Origin: Octopus vulgaris
Lineage: Eukaryota
Length of the DNA: 64,000 nucleotides
NCBI GenBank assembly: GCA_951406725.2
Contig: OX597838.1
Coordinates: 33,108,001 to 33,172,000, forward strand
Reading direction: 5' to 3'
Below, piece after piece: positions 13,685-27,096 of this stretch (within the stretch, counting starts at the first letter, position 1; every line of letters starts with the position of its first letter). Made by a program: the position numbers and the translations under genes. A model generated the notes under the pieces. It was not told where the DNA came from. It worked only from the letters and a program-made list of their open reading frames with translations, and did no database searches.

Positions 13685-16600
13685 TTAAACAGGTTCTTTC
13701 ACTCGCAATATACTTGCTATATACTTCCATCTTTTACGAAACACACTTTGCGACAGGCATTTCTTCTCCAGCCTTATTTTCCGTTTCATGTGCAAAACGA
13801 AAAAGTCGATTAGCTCGAGACTGGAGATGAACATGCCTGTTGCAATTCCTTTTAATCTCGTCTTCCATACTACTTCTTTCGCCACAGCAACTACCGAGAG
13901 AAAACAGGCTCGCTCCTCCCTATTCAGGGAGGTCGGCGGAACGATCTTAATTACAGATTCGTTCGATAGTTGTACTCTTCTCGAATGCGACAGCAGGTGT
14001 TCTACATAAGCCCAGAGTTCAGTCACCTTGGGGCATTGCACAATCGCGTGCAGGACAGTTTCACTGTCCCTCTCACATCTTGCACAAACCGGCGAAGGTG
14101 CACACCCATGTCTAAAGAGCTTATCTCGAACCGGCAAAGCTCCTCTGTAACATTGCCAGGCCAGGGACTTTTGGTAATTATCCATAGGCCCCGGACCGAA
14201 TTTTCTTTGGAACAGGCTGGCCAGTTGATTTTCGTCGAAGCCCTGAGTTTCTCCCAGGACGTCGTCACACTTAAACTCTACTAACCCTCTATAGAAGAAC
14301 GAGGTAGTACCCCCGCCACCGGCGTTGCCCGACTGAGAGAGAAGCACGAGTGCCTGATGGCACTCTACATTCCACACGCCCAACCTCGATTTACACTTGA
14401 TCCAAGGGTTCAGTTTGGTAAACGATGTGAACTGTGGAAATAACAGCTTGACGAACGGAGACCACACATGCTCACCGTCCAGGTAAAGCCATAGGTGCCT
14501 AAGCCTGAGCGCATGTCTGCGCATTTTTAGCCACGGCATCCCTAATCCACCCTTCAGCGGCTTTTGGCAGCAAATAGAGCGCTTTAAAAGAGGTCTGCTG
14601 CCCCTCCACAAAAAGCGCAAGAGCATGCGTTCCAGCTTGTTCAGCCACGAATCGGGGCAAGGCACGATGGTCAAGCGGTAAGTGATTACAGAGGCGATAA
14701 ACACCTCTGCAACCTCCGCCCTCCCTTTCAAGGACAGCTTCCGCTCAGACCAGGTCTGAGTTAGGAGAGCCACCTTTCTCGCCACCTCGCTCCAATTCTT
14801 CTCTATCTGGAGATCTGGACCTAACCAGATTCCAAGCATTTTCACCGGCCCTTCAGTCCAACGTCCAACGACGCTGTCGAAAGACATCGACTTGCCCCTC
14901 CAGGTGCCGAGTTGCAAGCCGACCGATTTATCCCGGTTGACTTTCGCTCCTGCCACCGCTTCGTAATCCCTTAAGGCCTCACCCACCCAATGTAAGTGCT
15001 CGACTCGGGATACGATGACGGTGATGTCGTCCGCATACGCTGAAGCTGACTTTCTGCACCATAGATCTTGCGGAGTGCCCCTCATAGTTTCCAACCTCCT
15101 CAGCAATGGCTCGAGGGCCAAAACGTAGAGGACCGGGGAGAGAGGACACCCTTGACGTACCGAACGTTCAACGCGGAACGGCTCCGAAAAGAAACCGTTC
15201 ACCCGGACTACCGATTCGATGTTGCTGTATAAAGCGTTGATCCATCCGCGGAAGGTCGGGCCGAAACCAGCCGCCGCGAGGACCGCCGCCAGATACTGAT
15301 GGTCCGCCCTATCGAACGCTTTCAATTGGTCCAAGTGGACCATAGCCCCACCCTTGCCAGGAATCCTATTTACCCTTTCTAAGGTATAGCGTAGAAAGTG
15401 GAGATTGTCGTGGATGGTCCTTCCAGAGATGGCGCAAGTTTGCGGCTCGCCAACAAGTTCACCCACGACCCGCGCCAACCTTTTTGCTAAGACCTTGGCC
15501 AAAATCTTCAACTCTGCGTTAAGCAGTGATGGGCCGAAAATTATCAATTAAATCCCCCTTGTTTGGGTCCTTTCTTAACAGCGCTACCACCCCTCGGCTC
15601 ACAGACTTAGGAATTCTCACGTTCTGCTGCCAGTTGGTGTACACGCATGCAAGTAGGTGCCCAAACAAGTCTGGCATGCTACTATAGAGTTCGTGAGGCA
15701 GACCATCGAGTCCCGGCGATTTGTCCCCGCCGCAGTCTGCCAACACATCCTCGACTTCCTTGGCTGTGATCGGTGCCTCACAAGATTCCGCATCCGGCCT
15801 CGATAAATGCGGCGAACCGGCTAGGAAGTCTGCGAGCTTCTCCCCGCACTCCAGTCCGCCGCTCCTCCCGAATAGCTGGGCGAAATGATCGTGAAACACC
15901 TTGCACATCTCCACGGGTTCGTTTACTGATCGACCATTTGGGTCCGTCAAAGATCGAATGGTTGAGTTGTTGCCACGCTGGACCTCTACCACCCGGGTCC
16001 ATCCGGCTGCGTTGATCCCTTCCTGTCTCATTGCACGGATTTTAGCCCTGACAAGGCACCCTTCATGTTTAGCTTTGAGATATTGATCGAGTGCCAACCT
16101 TGCCGCTAACACTTTCGATGCACTGCCTGACCTCATTGCCTCCTCTATTGCCTTAACTAGTTTCTTTTCTACTCTGTTTCTAGCACTAGCTAATTCTTTG
16201 CTAAACCTAATTGACTCAAATTTGATGGCTCTTTTCAGGGCGTACCACCATTTGTTGTTGATAACGTATCCGGTTAACGCCCTCATTACTAATTGTTTAA
16301 TCCGATTCCTGTTGGCTTCACAGTCCAATAGTGACTTGTTTAGCTTCCAGTAAACGGTACCTCGTCTACACATACTATCTATGTCGAGCGTACAGGTCAC
16401 TAATTTATGATCGCTGTAACTGACGATATGGTGTTGTGGACAGCTAAGTATTTTCTTATCTTTCCTTCTAGTTATGATTCTATCTATGTAAGATCTGGAC
16501 GACCCGTCGTTTCTTGCCCAGGTCCACGCTGGAGCGTCTGGGTGGTCCAGTCTGAATCGATCTGCCAACTCGAAACGACTTAGCAGATCGTTGAGGTGAG

Positions 16601-17098
16601 GTAATCCCCTCCTATTCTTTCTCGAGCCAACATAATCTACGCGTGTATCGCAAATTATGTTGAAGTCAGCTAGCAATACTAAAGTGTTCGACGTGCCGAG
16701 AAAATTATCTAGGCTTTTAAAGTAATCTTTCTGCCCGGCTTTTCCTTCGCAGGGAGCATAGACAGCGACCAGCCTGAACACTTTACTACTGCTGTACGTC
16801 ACATCCAAAACGACCAACCTGCCTTCCGGATCTATAAAGGCAGTTCTAATCTCTAAATCCAGTTTTTTTCTGACTAGCACTGCCACTCTTCCGCCCCCTA
16901 GCGGCCGACAGGAAGATACGTATTTCTCGTAGCCGTTTAGAAGGGGCGAAAAGGCCTGCAGCCACTCAGTCTGGATTCGGTAATTACAACTACATCCAAA
17001 CGATGCGACCCAAGGTCATTGAGGAGGTAGCCTTGCTTCCAATGCGACCCCAGGCCACGAATATTTAAACAACTGAGTTTAAACGAGAATGTGAAAAA
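13685..17098 (-). pseudogene. Tx1 ORF2 (APE endonuclease - reverse transcriptase - zinc-binding domain), frameshifts near 16960 and 15525
   Basis: Endonuclease motifs SCLNIRGL, ITES, VYAP, ADFN, SYIDRI, SDHKLV. RT motifs KSPGLDGLP, NFRPIT, KAFDR, VRQGCPLSP, YADD, GGLG. C-terminal CARC...ETVLHAIVQC. Confidence 0.92.
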
Positions 17099-17117
17099 TT
17101 AGTCGAATGTTTAAAAC

Positions 17118-18724
17118 TTACTGTTTTAACGGGAGAGAGGGTGTAGTTTCATCCTCCTCTTTTCTGTTTGTGAGTGTTGCGGTTTGCGAGGTCATTTTTT
17201 TTTTTGCGAATTGCCGGTACAGATGGCTCGAAAAGTTCATCTGTAACGGGTCGACGTCCTCCGCAAAATATTTTTTTAGTTCAAAATATTCAGTGTTGTC
17301 TATAGTATAAAATTCGACATTTTCAAGAATAGTATTATTTACATCTGTTGCGATATATTTTTTCGCCGATTTCATTAACACAATTTTGTCTCTTAATAGT
17401 TTATTATTTTTGTTTATCGCCGTGAAGGTGTTTCTCTTTTTGATATTAGGCGATTGTGGGGGAGGGGGGCTTGTGGATATGTGTGTGCTTGTAGAAGCGT
17501 GGGTGTTTGTAGGTGTGTGTGTGTTTGCATGTGCTTTTTCCAGTGTGTGTGTTTTTTTAGCTACGTGTCTGTTTGCGACTGTATGTGTGGGTATGGGTGT
17601 GCTTGTCTGTCTCGGAGCATAGTCCTGTGTATCCGAAGAGGGTGGATTTTTCCGTTTCCGTCTTCTTTTTGAAGGTTCCACGGTGACCCACTCCTGGATG
17701 ATGATGATGTTGTTGTTGTTGTTGTTGTTGTCGTCGTCGTTGTTGTTGTTGTTTTCTCCCGCTGTCGGCTGTACTTCGGCAATTGGGGTGCGCGATGTGG
17801 ATGCTATTTCTAGCGGTGTGGTCGTGCTTGCCTCTTCTGCTGCGTTTTCTTTGGCTGTCTTCTTCTTACAGCTCGACTTTATGTGGCCTTTCTCGCCACA
17901 TTTGTAACATCTGGGCTTTCTCCCCTCGACTACCACAATCATGCTGGTATTTTCTCCAATTGTAAGGGAACTGGGCAATTTTTCTAAGTCTGAGGGGTTT
18001 GCTTGGATGTTAAGCTCTAAATCTTGTCCAACCCAGTTCATGTGGTGGTATCTCTTAGATTGAAGAATTGAAATTTCTTCTTCTTTGCCTATGAGAATAG
18101 CGGCTACCACCCAGGCCACATCTATTTCGGGTGGTATATCTGTGACCGTGATTTTTGAAGTTCTCTTTCCTAAGTAAGTTGGCAGGAGAACTACTTCTTC
18201 CGACTTCAATGTCATTGTTGAATGTTCCCTAGCTTTTTCTTCGCTAGGGAAACGTACCTCTACAGTGCCGAAGCGATTACCCCTCGTTATATAACTTGTT
18301 TGTTGCCATATCGGCCTCAAGCATTTTTCGATCGCTTCACTCGGTACAAAGTCGATTTTTTTTGATTTTTTACATTATATGTTTTGTATATTACCGTCTT
18401 TCTCTCCGTCGCGTAAATTAATTCACTGGGAGGGAGCAACTTTACATTATCACCTTCTTTTTTGAGTAAACCTTGGTATTTCTTTAATTCTTCTTTGTTA
18501 ATAACTATATTTTCACAGGGGCGAGTTGCTGCACTCGCAAAATTTATTTTTGACTTTTCCTCTTGTGGAGTAGCCTCGCTAGACATCTTGTCGACTGCCT
18601 TTGTAACGCGCGCGTGAGATGCCTCTCTACTTTTACCTTCCTCCTCCCACATTTTTGCCTTCATGCCTTCAAACAAATTTTCAAAGTTTTCCTCGGACTC
18701 GGAAGAAATAGGTGGCAAATTCAT
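17118..18724 (-). pseudogene. Tx1 ORF1 (gag-like, zinc knuckle), one frameshift near 18355
   Basis: ORFs 18317..18841 and 17118..18320 join across an A-run. Contains CYKCGEKGHIKSSC (CX2CX4HX4C). Start codon choice (MNLPP) is uncertain. Confidence 0.8.
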
Positions 18725-18882
18725 GTTTTTTGCTGCTTCCCCCTTGAAACGAGGGGGGAAAGAACAGCAAAACTCTGCTGCAACAGCAGAAAAGAAATGG
18801 TCTCGACGACCAAAACAGCAAATTTTCACAATTTTCAGCACAAAAACAATCTTTCACTGCGGAGCAAAGAATAACACGACCG

Positions 18883-18987
<105 letters not shown>

Positions 18988-19288
18988 GGAGGAATGTGGA
19001 AAATAGAAATGAACTGATTTGCTTGGCAATGAGCGTTATACCAGGATATGCTACAGGAGTCAACAGGACGGGCAGAGAGGCAGGCAGACAGGCAATGAGG
19101 CATTCATGTTGTCAGATATTCAGATAGACAGACGGAAAGACAGACAGACAGACAGACAGTCATTCAATCATTCGACAATTTGAGTCTTTTTATGTGTTGA
19201 TTTGACATGTGCTTATATGTATGTCAGTCTGTCTGCCTGCTGTCTGTTTCAGTGTCCTTCCCTCCCCTCTCTCTCTTTCTCTTTGTTG

Positions 19289-19377
<89 letters not shown>

Positions 19378-19452
19378 ATAACAATTTAACAAATAAAACA
19401 TATGCATACATACATACATATATGTACATACCTACATCGATATGTATATATA

Positions 19453-19520
<68 letters not shown>

Positions 19521-19709
19521 AGTACAGGACACCACAAATAAACGTAGAACACAACGAGAAACGAAAACATAAAAACAAACAAGGAAACGGACTTTTTTTT
19601 AACAACGAAAAAACAGAGTACAAGACAAACAATACAAGGAATATTCCCCTTCATCAGCTGCCCCTGTTTCGACTCAATGCATGTTTCTACTTTCTTATTT
19701 CTCCAAGTA

Positions 19710-19748
<39 letters not shown>

Positions 19749-19787
19749 ATATGTAGGAGGTTGAAAAGCAACACACAAGTTGGTATG

Positions 19788-20155
19788 TATGAGGAAAATA
19801 GGACAAGGTAGACAATGCTAAAATAATTTTATCCTGAAGAACATTTTAGTACCGGTTTCAGTCTTTGCGACTTTTTCAACTTAGAGTAAAGCAAGAAAAA
19901 CAATTAAATTGTGAAAAAATTAAATGAAAAGATTTTAAAATTTAATCCATAGCTTTCAAATACATGGGACATTTTCATTTTTTCTGTCTGTCTGTCTTTC
20001 TGTCTGTTTCACTTTTACTTCTTCCACAATTTTATTGTTTTTCATGCATTACGCTAAGTTGAAAAAGTCGCAAAGGCTGAAACCGGTACTAAAATGTACT
20101 TCATGATAAAATTATTTCAGTATTTTCTACCTTGTCCTATCTTCATCATATATAC
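19788..20155. repeat. Fold-back element (about 140-bp inverted arms), each arm carrying a U3-A8 hammerhead motif
   Basis: ataggacaaggtaga...tagtaccggtttcagtctttgcgactttttcaacttag is mirrored by ctaagttgaaaaagtcgcaaaggctgaaaccggtacta...tctaccttgtcctat. Confidence 0.85.
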
Positions 20156-20194
20156 ATACATAATCACACACACACACACATATATACATATACA

Positions 20195-20228
<34 letters not shown>

Positions 20229-20822
20229 TATATATATATATACACATACATACATACATATATATATATATGTATGTATGTATATATGTATATATACTCT
20301 TACTCTTTTACTCTTTTACTTGTTTCAGTCATTTGACTGCGGCCATGCTGGAGCACCGCCTTTAATCGAGCAACTCGACCCTGGGACTTATTCTTTTGTA
20401 AGCCAAGTACTTATTCTATCGGTCTCTTTTGCCGAACCGCTAAGTAACGGGGACATAAACACACCAGCATCGGTTGTCAAGCAATGCTAGGGGGACAAAC
20501 ACAGACACACAAACACACACATACATATATATATACATATATTCGACAGGCTTCTTTCAGTTTCCGTCTACCAAATCCACTCACAAGGCATTGGTCGGCC
20601 CGGGGCTATAGCAGAAGACACTTGCCCAAGATGCCACGCAGTGGGACTGAACCCGGAATCATGTGGTTGGTTAGCAAGCTACTTACCACACAGCCACTCA
20701 TTAGGGAGTACAACTCCAAACTTACAGGGAAAAATTCACTTTAGTATTAAATCAAATTTCACAAAATATAATATATATAAATTAGAAAAAAAACACCTTT
20801 TATCAATTCAATAATGATAATC

Positions 20823-20876
<54 letters not shown>

Positions 20877-20908
20877 TATAATACATACATACGTACATAC
20901 ATACACAC

Positions 20909-20992
<84 letters not shown>

Positions 20993-21685
20993 GGATCGCG
21001 TTTCTGGATTTTAATATGGTATATATATATATATATATATATGTGTGGGGTGGGGGGTAGGTAAAGTATACATGAGATATTGGAATTTTTTTCGAGGTGA
21101 CCGATTTAATGCAATGTGTGTCAAAATACCTGAAAGTAACGTGGAGGATAGAAGCGGTACTTGAACAATCATGATAAACAAGCAGCAGTAAATGAAGCTC
21201 TTCAAACGGCGTCCAGGGTTCAAGGAAAGGACCAAGGGCAAGAGTCAAAGTGCGAGAGTCAAAGTGCAAGAGTCAAAATGCAAGAGTCAAAGTGCAAGAG
21301 GCCAAGTTCCGCATACACAACCGCCATACACACACGCGCGCACACACACACATACTTTCACACATACACAGAGGCACGCACACAGTATCACTCTCGCACA
21401 CTCACACATACACACACTCTCTATCACACACGCGCGCACACGCACACTCACACACTCACACACATGCATGCACACACATATGCACACACTCACACATACG
21501 CACACTCTATCTCACACACACACGCACACACACTCACACATACACACACCCTCTATCTCACACACACGTGCACACACACTCACACACTCACACATGCATG
21601 CACACACATATGCATACACTAACACACATTCACACACACACTCTCACACACACACTCACACACACACATAGGCCCACACATGGAC

Positions 21686-22540
21686 ATTGTGTTACTTTCT
21701 AACACAAACCTCAGTAATCTACAGAAAAAACTAGATGGAATACTTTTGTTTGACCCCCTTTCGAAGGCACCCATGCATGCTTCTACCCCTTCATTGTGCT
21801 CAATATTGGGATATAAAGAAGAAACATCCTTGGTTACCAAAAAACAGTTCTCAATACGGCCTCGGTGCTTGAAAAAGTTGTTGATTTTAGATACAAAATC
21901 AAAGGGATCCCGAATATATGAACTTGATCGTTTTGCGACGGGGAGTAGAAAGCCATCCGGCCAATCCGAAATTTTGACCATGCAACATTCATATCCGCTG
22001 CAAATTGGGCGCATTGGAGAAAATCTTTCGAACTTTTTGTGTATTTTAGGGAGAACATGAAATACAGGCGTTCTTCTTTCTGACCTTAAAATCTTAGATT
22101 CAGCCTTATTGACGAAATTGTTTTGTTCCATTTCCAGAATTATTTTGTCAAGTTCCTCTCTGTAATTGGGGCTTAGATCGACAGGTAATTCTTCATATGA
22201 CATTTTGTCATTTAAAACTTCTTCACAAGCCGAAATATACTCACTTTTGTCCATAATTACGATAGCGCTTCTCTTATCCGCCATCTTAATAACAATAGAA
22301 TCGATATTAGCGAAACGTCGGAGTGCGTCACGTTGGGAATTTGTGATGTTGTTCCAGGACTTCTTTTCACTTGTTTTAAGGCTTTCTCTAATACTTGTCC
22401 GGCAAGACTCATTGAACGTTCATTTGGAATTCTTTTCAATCCAATTATGTCAGATTCGATCATTATCATCCTTATTTTTAGTATACATAGGGTTTTCCTC
22501 GTTACCAGTTTTTTCAAAAAATATTCTTTCAGCTTGTGAC
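21686..22540 (-). mobile_element. Penelope-like element (PLE) reverse transcriptase fragment, probably Neptune-type
   Basis: ADK..AIVIMD..EY, P.F..LPKIHK, RPICS, SYIRD..DF and FLVT.DVSSLYPNI.H.EG are PLE RT motifs; truncated before the YxDD motif. Confidence 0.85.
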
Positions 22541-22578
22541 ACGCCGTATTATTATAATTATAAATAATTATCAATTAT

Positions 22579-22613
<35 letters not shown>

Positions 22614-22747
22614 TATAATAATAATAATAATAATTATTATTATTATTATCATCATCATCATCATCATCATCATTATTATTATTATTATTATTATTATTGT
22701 TGTTGTTGTTGTTGTTGTTGTTGTTATTATTATTGTTGTTGTTGTTG

Positions 22748-22844
<97 letters not shown>

Positions 22845-22932
22845 AACCCTTTGTAACTTTCGTCCTGTTTTGTCCCTTTATGTTTTAATTGATTTTTATT
22901 AGCCCTTCTGGCCAATAAACGAATTAATTATT

Positions 22933-23032
22933 NNNNNNNNNNNNNNNNNNNNNNNNNNNNNNNNNNNNNNNNNNNNNNNNNNNNNNNNNNNNNNNNNNNN
23001 NNNNNNNNNNNNNNNNNNNNNNNNNNNNNNNN
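22933..23032. other. Assembly gap (100 N)
   Basis: Run of exactly 100 N, typical of an unknown-size scaffold gap. Confidence 0.98.
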
Positions 23033-23267
23033 TGTTGGAATGATGATGGTGATGATGTTGATAATGGCGGCCGTGGGAAGAAAAAAGACAAACAAAAGAA
23101 ATACATAAGTAACCAATAGACGCTTGATAAAATTAGTAGTAGTAGTAGTAGCAGCAGCTATAGTAGTGGTGGTGGTGGTGATAGTAATAGTATAGTGGTT
23201 GTAATAGTAGTGGTATTAGTATTATTATTTGTTGTTGCATTATTAGTGGTGATGGGGCTGCAGTAGT

Positions 23268-23311
<44 letters not shown>

Positions 23312-23752
23312 AATTATTGTAGTAATGGTAGTAATAGCAGTAGTATTAGTGGTGGTAGTGTTTTTAGTAGTGGTAGCTGTTGTAGTAGCAGGTGGTGGGG
23401 ATGTAGTAGTATTTGAGGTGGTGATGGTGGTGTTATTGTCTGAGGAACTAGTAGTTGTGTTGGTGGCAGTGATAGTGGTGCTGGTGGTGGTATATATTCT
23501 GTGCTCAACAAAGCAATACAATTTCCATTGTACGCACAGACACAACTCAATACTAAAACACACGGAACACCTAACAGTAACAACACATGCGTCAAACAAT
23601 TACCAGCCGACGCTAAAACAACGGTACACATTTCAAAACCAAACGGACAAAAAGTTGATAAAAAGGTAGATTCGATTAAGATGGCCGATGTGTGTATATA
23701 AAGTAGGGTGATTCATGGATCTATAAATGGATTTATTAATGGATTTACTTAC

Positions 23753-23911
23753 CGTATTCACATATATAGGAGTACTTGAAGAACACGCGCTTGCAGGGAT
23801 AATCGTGCCAAACTCCATGATCTCTGAAGCGCAACACGGCACAATCTTCGAGCATACCAAAACAGCAGCCATGTTGATCACCTGCCCAATTATTCCAGGT
23901 CAATTGGCCAC
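23753..23911 (-). CDS. C-type lectin domain gene, internal exon B (C-terminal half of CTLD)
   Basis: Not shown in this frame in the ORF track. Acceptor gactttcag|GT, donor TAC G|gtaagt. 159 nt, phase 1-1, in frame with exon A. Encodes (G)GQLTWNNWAGDQHGCCFGMLEDCAVLRFRDHGVWHDYPCKRVFFKYSYICEY (NW, EDC, WHD..C and YICE motifs). Confidence 0.92.
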
Positions 23912-24107
23912 CTGAAAGTCACGCGATAAGAACAATCAATGATAAATAAAATAACAAATTGAGCAATGGTCATTGCTGACCGTCTTTCTAACACAATTTA
24001 AAGCTTGAGATTTGAATTTGCGCATGTGTGTATGCATTACATACTCGCACGTGTACTTGTGTGGTGCGGTGTGATGTGATGTGTGTATGCATATATATAT
24101 ATATATA

Positions 24108-24406
24108 TCACAGTGACCGACCAGGCTATCAGATGTTGCTACATATTGCTGGTCACAATGCGCTTCGCATTGTTCTAGCCTTCAAATGACGCCACCCCGC
24201 TGGCTAAGCGAGCAGGCCCACAGAAGAAAGAGTGAGAGAAAGTCGTGGCGAAAGAGTACAGCAGGATTCACCACCACCCACTGACGGAGCCTCGTGGAGC
24301 TTTAGGTGTTTTCGCTCAATAAACAATCACAACGTCCGGTCTGGGAATCGAAACCGCGATCCTACAATCGCGAGTCCGCTGTCGTAACCACTGGGTCATT
24401 GCGCCT

Positions 24407-24408
<2 letters not shown>
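24108..24408 (-). mobile_element. tRNA-derived SINE family C, alternative 3' tail
   Basis: Same head and body as 61670-61983 for about 180 bp, then a different 3' segment. Confidence 0.78.
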
Positions 24409-24472
<64 letters not shown>

Positions 24473-24718
24473 ACAGAAAGAGAGAGAGAGAGAGAGAGAA
24501 AGGGGTCAAAGGCTCTTGAGGAACACACCCACCCAAACACAGACCCTCCCCCACAAGCAACAAAAAATAATACTGGGTGTGTTTGTCAGGTCATGTGTCA
24601 TCTTGAACTTCAGAAATACTTCCAGCCCCGCCCTTTACTATTGCTTAACACATCTTTAACTCGCCTCAATATATATATATATAGTTTGGGCCTCCAACCA
24701 GGCCTCTCACGACACACT

Positions 24719-24775
<57 letters not shown>

Positions 24776-24779
<4 letters not shown>

Positions 24780-24904
24780 AGCTGAAGAAGGCACTGCATT
24801 TAAATTGATGTAAAGACAGCATCGTTCAATTATATCGGTCCCTTTTGCCGAGCCGCTAGGTTACGGGGACATAAACATACATCGCTTGAAACGATCGTAC
24901 TGCA
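24776..24904 (+). ncRNA. Type-I hammerhead motif with about 100-nt helix II arm
   Basis: UGGAG-CUGAAGA-AGGC...GCUU-GAAA-C(GAUC)G-UA-CUGCA. Confidence 0.58.
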
Positions 24905-25254
24905 TTGCTACTTGTTATCCTGTTGCTATATATAAATGAGTAACAGAGGTACTGAAACCTGTACCTCTATATCACTCATTGATATCGTATTCACCTATCC
25001 TGGAATATGCGCTTCGGAAATATTGTAGAAGGTATTTTAATATAAAGTACACATCTGAATAGCCAAGAGCGGATCTCTTCACTCAGCTGGTTGCTGTATT
25101 ATCTCTGCATACACTGCAAGAATATCAGGTACTGGCACTTCTGCACTGAGTTTGATATTCACTTGATATTGTTTGAATGTGCAGATTATTACTACCTAAT
25201 AAGGCGCCTCAATTTAAGTACCTTATACAACTGAATTTTAATTGTATTATATAC

Positions 25255-25285
<31 letters not shown>

Positions 25286-25605
25286 ATTCATATAGATTTA
25301 ACCTTTAAAGGTATTTTTTGATATGCTGGCCATTGATAAAATTTTTTTTGAAAGGGAATATATTTTTTTCGAAAAAATTTTTATCCTTCATTAGATATAA
25401 ACACAACGATAACTCCATGCAATATAAACATAACGTCACAAGAAATTTGAAAAGCTACACGCGAAACCGGTATTTCTTTTAATTTATGTCATTATAAGAG
25501 GGAAAAAAATTTTTTTTTAATTTTCTAATATTCTTCAGACATATTGACGCAAATATATATATTTTTTAACATTCAAGCCTTCTGTCGTTTTTTCACTCTA
25601 CTATT

Positions 25606-25645
<40 letters not shown>

Positions 25646-25843
25646 GAGAATCCACACACAAAAAAAAAAAAAAAACAAAAGGCGAAGACAGGTGGTGTAG
25701 CCAACAAACAGGTGTATTAGTATAACGCTCGGGAAGTGAAAAAGTCTTTAGCGCTTCGAGCCTACGCTCTTCCACAGAAAGGAACACAGAAAGAAACAAA
25801 GAGAGAAAATAAAGAATGTGTAGTGGCTAGCGATCTATCATGT

Positions 25844-25932
<89 letters not shown>

Positions 25933-25951
25933 TACATATATACATATATAT

Positions 25952-26005
<54 letters not shown>

Positions 26006-26259
26006 ATGTACATAGATGCATACACACAGATGCCCGCGCGCGAACACGCACACACACACGCACGCATATTTAATGAAACTAATTATTTCGTCCCCATTTC
26101 AAACACGACCCAAATAAATTCTCCGCAATCAAATGCTGCTCCCTCCTATCTTGCTCTCTCTCTTTCTCTCCTCTGCCTCCTCCCTTCCCCAAGCTGACAT
26201 TTCATGACACTTGTTTTTCTGTCTCTCTCTCCCTTTCTTTGTCTGTCTCTCTCTCCCTT

Positions 26260-26297
<38 letters not shown>

Positions 26298-26825
26298 TAT
26301 TTTCTATTCTAAAACTCAGTAAGCCGCCCATTTCACGTGTCATCTCTCTCACCAACATATGACATGTTTTTCTTTTAAGCGCCATGTTGATAAGTATCTC
26401 CACTGTTTGTCTCAATTATCCCTACCCTATTTCTGGCCACTACACCAACGCCAGCAACAACAACAACAACACTAGCAACAACAGAAACTTCTTATCTTCC
26501 TTTGACATAAAAAAAATAGGACGGCAGCGACGATGTTGATGACAAAACACATTGTTTTAAGCAATGGCTGCCATCAGTCTCAGAACAGTCCTATCTTCCT
26601 AGTTTTGAACGATACTAATATGGCGTCTTCTACATTTTGCTCTCTGTGTCTGAGTGTCTGTCAGCCCCACCCTCCACCTACTCTCTCTCTCTCTCTCTGA
26701 CTCAACATAAACAATACACACATTATTTCGATAGTGCTTGGAACGTGATTCAACATACTAACATATGCGTCCTCACACCTATACCTGTATATATGAATAC
26801 TTGTAAAGCCATATACACACATTTA

Positions 26826-27096
26826 TCGGGCAACGCCAGTGGCGGGGTAACTACTTCGTTCTTCTATAGAGGGTTAGTAGAGTTTAAGTGTGACGACGTC
26901 CTGGGAGAAACCCTAGGCTTCGACGAAAATCAACTGGCCAGCCTGTTCCAAAGAAAATTCGGTCCGGGGCCTATGGATAATTACCAAAAGTCCCTGGCCT
27001 GGCAATGTTACAGAGGAGCTTTACCGGTTCGAGACAAGCTCTTTAGACATGGGTGTGCACCTTCGCCGGTTTGTGCAAGGTGTGAGAGGGACAGTG
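26826..27096 (+). mobile_element. Internal 271-bp fragment of the same Tx1 family
   Basis: About 96% identical (by eye) to the reverse complement of 14062-14332; encodes SGNA..TTSFFYRGLVEFKCDD...CARCERDS. Confidence 0.93.

Noticed and set aside
21011-21129. Minus-strand acceptor ttactttcag|GT giving GILTHIALNRSPRKK as a terminal lectin exon
   Set aside because: Phase-compatible, but the peptide has no recognisable character and it lies across an assembly gap; unsupported.
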